A stretch of DNA of 64,000 bases from a virus. Lineage: Duplodnaviria; Heunggongvirae; Uroviricota; Caudoviricetes. The first letter of the stretch is position 1. Every line of letters begins with the position of its first letter. Both the position numbers and the translations under genes were made by a program. The notes under the pieces are model-generated. The model made no database searches, was not told the DNA's origin, and saw nothing but the letters and a program-made list of their open reading frames with translations. The DNA lies in IMG/VR virus record IMGVR_UViG_3300029998_000014. One strand, 5' to 3'. Shown here in pieces: positions 33,515 through 44,767 of the stretch.

Positions 33515-36500
33515 ATGGCAAATAATTTAAGTTTTGGGGTAGCAGTAAATCTACTAACAGAAAATTTTAAAAGAGGTCAAGCACAAATTCAAAACGGTTT
33601 TAGAGAAATAAAATCTACTGCTTTACAAATGGCTGGTGTACTTGGTGCAGGGCTAGGTTTTGAGCATATTATAAAGGAAATGATAACTGTTGCTAGAGAA
33701 TCAGCAGCAGTTAACAAGGCTTTAAAAGTGGCTTCTGGTGGATGAGAAGAATACGGAAAGAATCAAAAATATATAATTGAAACTAGTGAGAAGTTTGGTT
33801 TAAGTATAAACGAAATGACTGGTGCATTTGCAAAGTTTACAGCATCTGCAAAAACTAGTAATATCCCTTTAAAAGATCAGCAAACATTATTCACCGGATT
33901 AAATGCTGCATTGTTAGCAACAGGTGCAAGCGGTGATAAAAAAGCAGAAGTTTTTGATGCTATGTCAAAGATGATGCAAAAGGGTACAATTCAACTCAAA
34001 CCCTTAATTGCTGGGCTTGGTTCTGCTTTACCAGAATCACTTTCAATTATGGCTAAAGCTATGGGTGTATCAGTTGAAAAACTGAGAGATATGGCTAAAC
34101 ACGGTCAATTATTAGCTAGTGATGTATTTCCTAAATTTGGTGCAGAACTAGAAAAAGCATTTGGTAATGTTGACACCAATACAATAGGTGGTGCTTTAAA
34201 TAGAATTGGTAACAGTTTTGAAGAACTAACAGCTAAATTAAATGTGGGTAACATTTATAAAACTATAGTAAATGAAACTTCTGAGGTTTTTAAATGGATA
34301 ACCGAACACTTTAAATTAGTTGGTGATACTATTACAAATATAGCAGTAACTATTATTGTAGGTAAAGCTTTTGGAGCTATTAAAAAAGGTTACACATCAA
34401 TATCAACAGCAGCTACTACTAGTTACGTTAAACAGGCTGTAGAAGCAGAAAAAAGTGCAGTTGTACAGGAATTAGCAAATAGTAATTTATCTAAGAAATC
34501 TCAAAAAAGATATTTAGATGAATCACTTGCAGCAGCAAAATCTTATGCTGAACAAGAAGCAGCAGTAAACAAATTTAGTTTAACCTCTAATTTCGCTTTT
34601 AAAACTGTAGGTTTAGCAATTAAAACTGCTTTTATGTCATTCTTACCAATGATATTATTTAGTGGTGCAATGGCAATATATCAACACTTTTCAAATCTTG
34701 CAGAGAAAGCTAAAGAACTAAAAGCAATTTGAACAGATTATAGATCTGGTTTAAAAAATGCAGTTGAAACAAACAGTCAATCAAACGAGATTAAAAACTC
34801 TTTGAAGATTGTAAATGACACTAATACTTCATTAAAAGAGCGTCAAACTGCACTAAAAACAATAAATTCTATTTTAGGTACTAATTATCAATTTGATAAA
34901 AACGGCTTAAAAATCAACGGTGATATTAACGTAAAAATCAAAGAGCGTTTAGACCTCTTAGATAAACAAAGCAGGTATCAATATTTACTAAATAAACAGA
35001 ATCCTAATGATGATAGAATTGCCGAAACTCAAAGTAAGATTGATATAATTAATAATCAGTTAGGAAAAGATCTTAATAGTGGCAAAGGTGTAGATAGTGG
35101 ATTAGTAAAAGAAAGAGCTGGTTATTTAGATGAACTAACACCTCTATTAAAAGTTAGAGATGATATAGCTAGAGAAAAGAACAAATTAAAATCTGAACTT
35201 GGTAAAAATACAGGTGAAACAACCGATACTAATTTAAGTGGTTTAGGTGCTGGTTCTGGTGAAGATACTGAAGTACAAAAACATCAAAAAGAAATTGATT
35301 CTGTACAAGATGCTTATGTAAAAGAAACTCAAAAACTAAATAATGAATTAGCTAACGGTGTAATATCACAAAAGAAATACAATGAATTATTTGATAAGCA
35401 CGTAGAAGATGGTAAAAAGAATTACGGCGGAATCTTAACGAAAGATGAAGCTAAAACTAATGTTATTTATGGACAAATTCAAGCCTATAAACCATTATCC
35501 TCTACTGATGATAAAATTGAAACAGCTAAAGAAGATTATCTTAAAAAACTAACTGAACAAGACGGATATTTAAAAGATGGTATAATCACACAAGATGAAT
35601 ATACTAATGCTATGTCTGGTATTGTTGATGAAACATTAAGAACTATTTCAACAATCAAAGGAGTAAATTTTGCGACTAATGATTTAGTGAAAATAGTAAA
35701 ACAGAAACAAGCAGATTTAGCTAAAAAAGATTTTGCTTTTGTACTACCTCAGAGTAATCCAATAGATCATACATTTGATTATAAAAAGTCAGATGTTGAA
35801 AAACAAGAGGATAAAAATCAGCAAAATGACGATTTTATAAAAGCCATTGAAAAAGAATTTAGTGATAAAGGTGTAAAGAATATTGAAAAACAAATAGCTG
35901 ATGCGGGTGGTGATCTAAGTAAACTAAAAGCACAGTTTCACGGTCAAGCAGATGATTTAATTGAATCACTAAATAAAGCATTATTAAATGCACCAGACTT
36001 GTCCAAAGCATTAAAACTAATGCAGGTTAAGAAGGATATAAAAGACCTACAGAAACAATTAAATAGTGGTATATACGAGGGTATAAAAAATATTGCTGGT
36101 AGTGCTAAAAATATGTATGAAGGATTTAAAGCATTAACTGATACACTTAATAATGTAGATGCTTCTGGATTTGAAAAGTTTCTAGCAATATGAGATGCAT
36201 TAACTAATACGCTGGATGGTATAATGTCAGTTGTAAAAACTATTAAAGACCTTACAGCAGTAACCACTGCTTTGACAGCAGCAAAACAAACACAAGCAGG
36301 AATTGAAGCGGGAACAGCAGCAGCTAAAATTGCAACCAATGTTGCAGAAACAGCTTCTTATACTGGACTTATGGCAGCAGAAACAGCAGCAGCTTATGCT
36401 TTTATTCCCTTTGTAGGTGAAGGTTTAGCATTGGCTCAAATTGGAGTAATGCAAGGTGCTATATTAGCTTCAAGTATTCCAAAGTTTGCAAACGGTGGTA

Positions 36501-36727
36501 TTGTACAAGGTGGTTCTATTTCTGGTGATAAAATACTAGCTAGAGTAAATGCTGGTGAAATGATATTAAATCAAGGTCAACAAAGTACACTATTTGCTCT
36601 TTTAAATGGTCAAGGTGGTATAAATTGAACTACAACAAATAATAGTGAAGTAAAATTTATTATTGAGGGAAAGAATTTAAAAGGCGTTCTAACTAACTAT
36701 GATAATATAAAAAGCAAAGCAAAGTAA
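33515..36727 (+). CDS. Tape measure protein (1070 aa)
   Basis: Joins four in-frame track ORFs. Tape-measure domain and PKFANGGIV...GDKILARVNAGEMILN C-terminus. Confidence 0.88.
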
Positions 36728-36728
36728 T

Positions 36729-38843
36729 ATGATTTACACAGGACAATTTAAAAATATAAGTAACACTTTATATCAAGTGGATATAAATGTGAATGATGGT
36801 AATAGTGGAACATCTGAGATTATTTTCTCAGATGAACCATTTAAAATCGAATTAAATACAAATAGTACAATTTACGAACCGTTGAAATTATCAAATGCAA
36901 CTTGTACAATTATATCTGATAGTTACAATTTCAACCTTTATTCAGCAACTGCACAAGGTACTAAAATGACTTTGAAAGATGTTGATAATAATCTGATTAA
37001 ATGAGTTGGTTACTTGACACCAAACATATATACACAAGGCTTTGAACAACATTATGAAAGTATTGAACTTGAAGCAATAGATGGTTTGAGTACATTAGAC
37101 AATTACAAATTTGAAACGGTTGATCTGGTAAACAGAAAGATAAAAAGCTTTGAAGATTTATTGATTCATATCATCAAAAAGTGTAATTGCTATTCTAAAA
37201 TATACGTGAATGAAAACAACTATTTACCGGGCTTTGAAGATCAAAAAATCATAGATAAATTACTCGTAGCTGAGCAAAATTTCTTTGATGATAACGAAGC
37301 AATAACATACAAAGAAGTACTAACACAGCTTCTTCAATTCCTAAACTATACAATTGTAGCAGATGGTGATGAGGTTTATATATTGAACTATGATTATATA
37401 AAAGGTGGATTTGTAAACTATCATACCTATACTACTGCAAACAATTGGTTGAATTATTCAACTGGCTACACAACATTAAGTAATACAGTAGATGTTACAA
37501 ATGAAAGTTTTAAATCGAATGGTGCTAGTATTGAATTAGCTGAGGTTTATAATCAAGTAAGCATTAAAACCAGTGTAAGCACAAATGATAGTTTGATACC
37601 AGAGTTTTTTTCTGATGATGATCTAACCAACATTACAAAAGTAACAGGAACAACAAACTGGTTTTCTTCTATTCCTAAAACTTATGGAAGTAAGAACTAT
37701 GTGTTTAAATATTTCAAAAATGATAAATACAAAACATATAATAAAACTGGTGGTACTTGGTCTGAATTAACCGAACTTGATTATGATACAATATCAACTA
37801 AAGAGGGTGCATCCTTTGTAAGAATGGCAAACTATGAAAATAATGTAGCATTAAGTTCTTCTGTTAGTTTCTCTGATTATGTTTGTCTTTATAGGTCTGG
37901 ATATGTTGCACCAACTGGCGCATTACCTTTACAAACTTGGCTTGACTGTACAAATAATGTTGTACTGAAATATTCATCAAGCAATGAGGGTAGTTATTTT
38001 TATGATGATTACTATTTAATAATTAGTGGCTCTGCTTATTGGGATTCAGCGGTTAATGTAGCTTATATAGATGAAAGTAAAAAAGCATCTACAGGTGATT
38101 ATTATTTATCAACTTACGTATTATTATATGCAAAATTAAAGATCGGAAATAAATACTGGAACGGTTATCAAAAGTATTGAACTAATATTGAAATGACTTT
38201 CCCAATTAAGTTTGAATACAAAGATGGACATCTTTATAACAACTGGAAAAACATATTAAACGAAGTTGATACAACAGCATTTATAAATGAAGTTGGTAAT
38301 AAAATAACCATTAAAAAGGCAGATATGTTATTCGGTGATATTGAGTTTTCATTATATGAACCATCTGAAATATATAAGGGTGGTACTTGTGGTGCTGTAT
38401 GATTGAAAGATTTTGACATCAAGTTAGTTAAACCTACAAGTGAGAAAAAAGCGGAAACAGATACAGAATATAAAAACGTAATCAATACAGCGTTTGTAAA
38501 TGAATTTTCTGATATGAATTTAAAAGTATGTAGTGATACAAATAAAGGATTGAATTATTCATCTGTTATTCAAAAAATAGGTACAGATTATACATACAAT
38601 CAAAGTATCAAAACAAAGGCTTTAGGAATTGACCAGAAACAAGAATACAACATTATCCAGTCTTATGTGAATCAGTATTCAACACCAGCCAAAAAACTAA
38701 ATATAACGCTGGCTAATATATTTAAACCGTATTCATTACTAACAATAAATAGTATTTTTCCAACTGAAAAATTTATTGTTGATGGTATGAGTATAGATAT
38801 AAAAAATGATACTAATCTATTGAATATAGTATCAAAGAAATAA
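36729..38843 (+). CDS. Tail/baseplate hub protein (704 aa)
   Basis: Joins four in-frame ORFs; position between tape measure and fibre. Confidence 0.7.
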
Positions 38844-38870
38844 CAGAAACAACAGTAAAACAATAATAAA

Positions 38871-41675
38871 ATGGAATTTCAAAGTAAAAATATAGCCTTA
38901 CAAAGAGGTTCAACAACTACTGCTATTAATAATTATAGTTCTGGTGGTTCTGGTAGTGCTTATGTACCACTTAATTATTTATCATTAGTAGCACAGTCAA
39001 CTAATTTGGCTGGTGCTAATGGTGTGATAAAATTACCACTTTCTAATTATTTGTTAACCGATAATGGTTGAAATTTTTCAACTGTTAATACAGATGGAAC
39101 ATTCACTGATTTAATGACTTTAGATAGTAATGGTAATTTATCTGTTAAAGGTGAAGTTTGTGCATTTGGTGTTACTTCTGGTGGTTCTGGATCTGGTGGA
39201 CTAATACAAACAGTATTCGGTTATGCTAATTTAGGTGGTTCTTTCAGTAATGCAACATTAACTGATACATTCAATGCCTACACAATCAATCAAATGAATA
39301 ATAGATTGATTGGTGTTGAGAATGGAGCATTAACACAAATTAGTTCAACACTTGTTACTAATGCTTTGGGATATGTACCTTATAATTCAACTAATCCAAA
39401 TGGTTTTATAACTGCAAGTAGTTTAGCACCTTATGCATTGACAGCAGCAAGACCTACTAATCTCAGTCAATTTAATAATAATCTTGGTAACTACGGTGGA
39501 TGGATAACTGGTATCAACTCAGGAATGGTTACTACTGCTTTAGGTTATACTCCACTACCTACTAGAACATTCGGTTCAGCAGCCAGTAGTAACACTGGAG
39601 ACTTTGTATCTTCTAGTGGGACTTTAGGCTCTAGTATAACACTAGGAACAGTATATAATGGAACTGCTAATCAATCCGTACCTACTAATTTACTAGGAGG
39701 TTACTCTAACGGATATGTTTATAATTTTACACAAAATCAAATACAATCTTGGTTAGGTCTAGGTTCATCGGCTTATACCAACAATAACGACCACATATTA
39801 AACCAAAATAGCTCTGCACAATCTGCAAATATGTGGATTAGTGGGGATGTTACAGCGTATGGAAAAGGCAAATTTGGTGTAACATATCATAGTGTTGAAT
39901 TAAGAGCATTGGATTCTGATTATGGTAGTGCTATGTACTTATATGCCGATGGTGGAACTGACCAAAGAGTTTATAGAATTGCCAACAAATACAGTGGAAG
40001 TGGTACTGATTTAGTAATTGATTATTCTGATGCTAGAGCATACAATACAGAAGCTATTGCACATACTTATACAGAAAGATTTAGGTTAAGTAAAACAGGA
40101 GCAGTAACTTTTACTTCTACAGTAAATGCAACTCAACTACAATCAACAGTAGCAACTGGAACAGCACCATTAACTGTAAATTCTACTACTATGGTGGGGA
40201 ATTTGAATGCTGAAATGGTAAATGGTTTAAAATACTATGGCGCTGATTTTGCGTCTACGGTAAGTTATGTAATGGTATACGATGCCCCTAATGCTAGAAT
40301 GAGTCCTGCTACTAGTACTCAAATTAGAAATTTTATTGGCGTAAATAATATTGCTACACAAGATTTATCAAGTTTATCAACAAACTACATTCCTAAATGG
40401 AATGGGAGTAATTTTGTAAATAGTTTGATAAGTGATGATGGGACAAATGCATCAGCTAGAGGTGATTATTTTGCTATTAATATACCATCTAATAATTATT
40501 CAGGTAAATTAAAATTTGGTTCAGGTTCTTCTTTTGACTATTTTATTAGTAGTGGAGATAATTATGGGTCAATGATTTTTAATTCTGTTGGACAGTGGGG
40601 AAACAAAGCCTTTACTTTTAATTATGCAACTACTCCCTTATTGACTATTGAAAGTAATGGAGTAGTAAGTATACCAAACACAACTCAATCACTATCACCA
40701 TCAACAGGAGCATTAGTTCTTAATGGTGGGATGGGAATTAACGGAAGATTATCATTGCCTAGCGGTTCAGGTTGGGTAGGAATGTTATCATTTGACCATA
40801 ATGTATCTAATGGTAGTTCTAGGAAATGGTTCATACATACAGATTATCAGTCTTATGGAGATTTTGCAATTACTACTCAATCAACCCAAAGTGCTAATAC
40901 AGTACCCGATATTGGGAGGTTTTATATTAGCCCTAATGGTAATACTGGGATTGGATATATTTCTGACCAAGGGTATAAGTTGGCAGTGAATGGTACTTTA
41001 ATGGCAACTGGAACTGTTAATACTTATGCAGGTGAGGGAATAAAAATGATTGCTGATGCCGCTTATTTGAGTGGTTATAATTCAGCAAATACAGTTAGAC
41101 AAGGTTACTTACAGTTTACTGGCAATGCAGTATATATTAGTGCTGAAAGTGGAACAGGTGATATTGCTCTAATTAACAAAAGTGCTGTGCTAATTAGAAA
41201 TGATGTTGGAGGTGAGGCAAGAATACAATTACAAGGTTCACAAGCAGGAGTTAAGCAATACTATATTAAAAATTCAATACAAGGAATTTCAAACACTGGA
41301 TTTTCAATTAGAAATGCTTCCGATGGTACAACTCCATTTTATATTGATGGAAGTGATAATTCTCATTTCAATGGTAATGTTACTGCTAGTAATTTTATTT
41401 TATCGTCAGATAGAACTTTAAAGACTAATATTCAACCAATCATTAAAGACTATAGTAGGCTCAATTTAGTTTCATTTAATTTTAAAAATAACTTAGAAGA
41501 ATTAAGATTTGGTACTATTGCTCAAGATTTATTATCTAATGGATTTAGTGAATTTGTAGTTGGAAATAGAGAGGGTGAATATAAAGTAAAATACATTGAC
41601 TTGATAATAGCAAAACTTGCTAGTGCTGAATCAAGAATAAAACAATTGGAGGAAAAGTATGTCAGTTCCAGATAA
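38871..41675 (+). CDS. Tail fibre with C-terminal S74 chaperone (934 aa; siphophage N-terminus + shared module + crAss C-terminus)
   Basis: In frame across TGA 39069. Ends SDRTLKTNI...FGTIAQ. Confidence 0.85.
39456..41400 (+). repeat. Direct repeat copy 2 (1,945 bp, tail-fibre segment)
   Basis: No differences from 10795-12739 seen by eye. Confidence 0.97.
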
Positions 41676-42762
41676 TGATCATTTTAATCAAAGAGATGTA
41701 GTTACTGAAATATATGCTGATAGTAGTAATAGGAGTTTAACTGAGTTATTCTCCGCTGCTATTGGTGCATTTGATAGTAACTACGTAGGTAGTAAAAACA
41801 GTTTATATAATTTTAGAAACTATCAACACATACTACCTAATGGTGGTTATGGTAGATTATATAATTCATATGCTGTATTAGATTCTAGAAATATATCTCC
41901 AAGTGGATGACATGTTCCAACTTTAACAGAATTAGAAACTTTAGTTTCAACTATTGGAGGAACAACTACAGGTGGTGGAAAATTGAAAGAAGCAAATACA
42001 ACTCATTGGTTAACTCCAAATACTAATGCTACAGATATATATCAATTTGCTGCTGTCGGCGGAGGATTTAGATATAATACTGGAAATTTTGCATATATAA
42101 AACAGACTGGATTATATTTATCTACTTCAACTATGATGGATATGCATTATGATTCTGAATGAGTTAGTTTAGAAGGTGGTGGATCTGCAACAGGTGCTTC
42201 AGTTAGATTAATCAAAGATGATTCTACTAATTCAGGTATAATGACTGATAATAGTGGTTATACTTATAAGACAGTAAAAATTGGTAATCAAGTATGAATG
42301 GCATCAAATTTAAGAGGTACTAAATATAGAAATGGAAATGATATTTCAATAGTAACTGATAATACTACATGATCTACTTTAACTAGTGGAGCTTGTTGTA
42401 GTTACAATAATAATGATGCTTGAGCTTATGCAGATAATTATGTAATTAATGATACATATGTTGAAATATATGTAGATTATTTATATGATGGTACAAATTG
42501 AAAAATGTATGCGTATTCAGTATATGCAGGATCACCGAGTGCAGTTGTTGTAAATACAAATGTTACTATAACATTTAATTATAGTTATTATGATGCTGCT
42601 GCAGGAAGATCATTTAATGTATCAGGAGCTAATTTAACAATATCATCAGGACAATCTCAATCAACTAGTACTATAATCGGAGGTTATTTTACTGGATTAA
42701 CATTACTTTCAGTATCTCCTACAAATAGTGGAACATATCATTATGCTAAAGGTGGATTATAA
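41659..42762 (+). CDS. Fibre-associated protein with circularly permuted Fib_succ_major domain (367 aa)
   Basis: GYGRLYN...SPSG-W-HVPT...GGKLKEA...SVRLIKD precedes YTYKTVKIGNQV-W-MASNLRGTKYRNG...CSYNN. Confidence 0.8.
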
Positions 42763-42787
42763 AATAAAAAATTAATAAAATAAAATT

Positions 42788-43072
42788 ATGGAAATTACAA
42801 AAACAAATGAATCAACTAGTGTTGAAGCTAAAGTAACAATTGGAAATGTAGATTATACTTTCAATTATTCAATTAAAGAAAGTAAAATAATATCTTTTAA
42901 TGGCTCTGCTAATATAGAAGGTGTTAATAAAGGAAATTTTAATGTATCGAATAATCCTGGAATTGAAAATAATATAAATTTTAATTTTAATTTTACTTCA
43001 AATACAGAAGTATTAATTAGAAGTACAATTGTAATAGATGTTGATACAATATTCTCTGAATTAAATAAATAA
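42788..43072 (+). CDS. Hypothetical protein
   Basis: ORF track, 94 aa. Confidence 0.6.
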   Translation: MEITKTNESTSVEAKVTIGNVDYTFNYSIKESKIISFNGSANIEGVNKGNFNVSNNPGIENNINFNFNFTSNTEVLIRSTIVIDVDTIFSELNK

Positions 43073-43073
43073 A

Positions 43074-43589
43074 ATGATTACAGACAAACTGATTAAATTA
43101 GTATCCCATTATGAGAGTCTCCATGACGGAGATCTCTCTCATATTGGACTTCAACCTAAAATGGATCCTATTGGAATCTGAACTGAAGGTTATGGAAAAG
43201 TTATATTAGATAGAGATGGTAAAATGATTAGAGGTGCTGAAAATAAAGAAAAAGCATATAGTTATCATAAACTTAATACTATTGAAGATGCTACTAAAAT
43301 GTTAAAGGTTGATTTGGAACTATTTGCTAAACAAATTGATAAATTGAAGTTAGATTTAACTCAGAATCAATATGAAGCTTTAATTTCATTTTCATATAAT
43401 GTAGGATTTGGATCTCTTGCAAAGAGTACACTTTTAAAAAGGATTATTGCAAAAGATACTCCTGCTAATATTGAACATGCATTCATGATGTGAAATAAAG
43501 CTGGAGGTAAAGTTCTAAAAGGATTAAGTTTTAGACGTCAGTCTGAAGCTATGTTATTTAATACTGGCGAAGTTAAATTCTTCAATTAG
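43074..43589 (+). CDS. Endolysin, GH24 lysozyme
   Basis: YESLH...DPIGI-W-TEGYG; NQYEALISFSYNVG; M-W-NKAGGKVLKGLSFRRQSE. Confidence 0.88.
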
Positions 43590-43754
43590 TGCATCTTAAT
43601 AGTTACCACAATTATTTTCAATAAAGTTTATAGTTTATATATTTTATTGTTGATAAAGGTGGTAACTTTGTATAAAATAATGAATATATAAAAATCATTA
43701 TGAAAGATGAATATATTTAATAGATAGAAAAATAATACACATTATAAATGATAA

Positions 43755-44753
43755 ATGAATATGGATGAATTTGATGAACTTTTTGAAGGCGATCTTTTGC
43801 CCGATAACCCCCAACACGAACCCGAAATACAATTAGATATTCCTGGAGATGATGTCGATGACTTTTTTGCAGAAAAAAGCGAAGGACCTGATACCGAAGA
43901 GTTTATTTTAAATAAATATCTTAAAACACTTGGAATTGAAAATTCTAAAATTAGTGTTTTGGATGAAAACGATAATGAACAAGAAATTGATTTCTATGAT
44001 TTGACAGAAGAAGAACAATTAGAAATTTTAAAAGCTGCTGATCCAGAACAAGAACCTGTAGATCACGATTTAGATGATGAAGAAATTGAACTTATTAATC
44101 AAATTAGAGGTGAAAATTTAACAGTTGAAGAATTCCTTGAAGCATATAAAACTTCAGTAATTAAAGAATTTACACAAGGAGCTGCATCTGAATATAGTAT
44201 TGATTCTTACGATGATCAAGAATTATTCTTATTAGACTTAAAACAAAAGTATGATTTAACCGAAGAAGAATTAGCTAGAGAATTAGAAAAAGAATTACAA
44301 GATGAGGCATTATTTACTAAAAAAGTAGGTGTGCTTAGAACAGAATATAAACAACTAGAAGATCAATATAACGAAGCTCAAAAGCAAGAAGCTGAAACCG
44401 AAAGAGAAGAACAATTTAACCAATTTTCTGAAACTATGGTTAATGTGGCATTGCAAACGCCAGAATTCTACGGAATAGAGTTAGATGATGATGAAAAAAA
44501 TGAAGTACTTTCACAGATTTTGGATTTAGACGAAAATGGAACCAGTGAGTTTTATAAAAGTTTAAATGATCCAAAAAAATTATATGAACTTGCTTGGTTT
44601 TCACGTTACGGAAAAGATTCATTCGATGCATTGAAGAATGCATATGAGTCGGAGATAGCAAAACTTAAATCACAGATAAAACCAAAACCCGCCGTTATTA
44701 GGAATAATCCTTCCGGCAAAACACAAAATAGCATTTACGACTTAAATTTTTAA
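43755..44753 (+). CDS. Acidic protein upstream of MCP (scaffold-like)
   Basis: Very acidic and coiled-coil; conserved crAss position. Confidence 0.65.
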   Translation: MNMDEFDELFEGDLLPDNPQHEPEIQLDIPGDDVDDFFAEKSEGPDTEEFILNKYLKTLGIENSKISVLDENDNEQEIDFYDLTEEEQLEILKAADPEQEPVDHDLDDEEIELINQIRGENLTVEEFLEAYKTSVIKEFTQGAASEYSIDSYDDQELFLLDLKQKYDLTEEELARELEKELQDEALFTKKVGVLRTEYKQLEDQYNEAQKQEAETEREEQFNQFSETMVNVALQTPEFYGIELDDDEKNEVLSQILDLDENGTSEFYKSLNDPKKLYELAWFSRYGKDSFDALKNAYESEIAKLKSQIKPKPAVIRNNPSGKTQNSIYDLNF

Positions 44754-44767
44754 AAAATTAGATTACA

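Larger units (their letters stand above)
10795..41400. mobile_element. Complete circularly permuted temperate HK97-type siphophage (unit length 28,661 bp) nested in the crAss-like tail-fibre gene
   Basis: Full gene set between the direct repeats: integrase, replication, terS, terL, portal, protease, MCP, neck, tail, tape measure, fibre, lysis. Gene order is continuous if the unit is circularised at the repeat. Confidence 0.9.

Noticed and set aside
35944-36339. Minus-strand ORFs such as 35944-36339, 50118-50414, 59879-60400, 26627-26935 and 44978-45199
   Set aside because: These are antisense shadows of well-supported plus-strand genes, with no motifs.
12740-39455. Suppressor tRNA in the small phage
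   Set aside because: No cloverleaf or GGTTCGA T-loop signature was seen by eye in the intergenic regions. This needs tRNAscan confirmation.
10795-41400. Insert as an integrase-generated prophage with att repeats
   Set aside because: The repeats are 1.9 kb of fibre coding sequence, far from the integrase, and the attP-like site is unsplit.
6864-42762. Diversity-generating retroelement
   Set aside because: No reverse transcriptase is present, the two FISUMP copies are too diverged to be a TR/VR pair, and the 1.9-kb repeat shows no adenine-specific differences.
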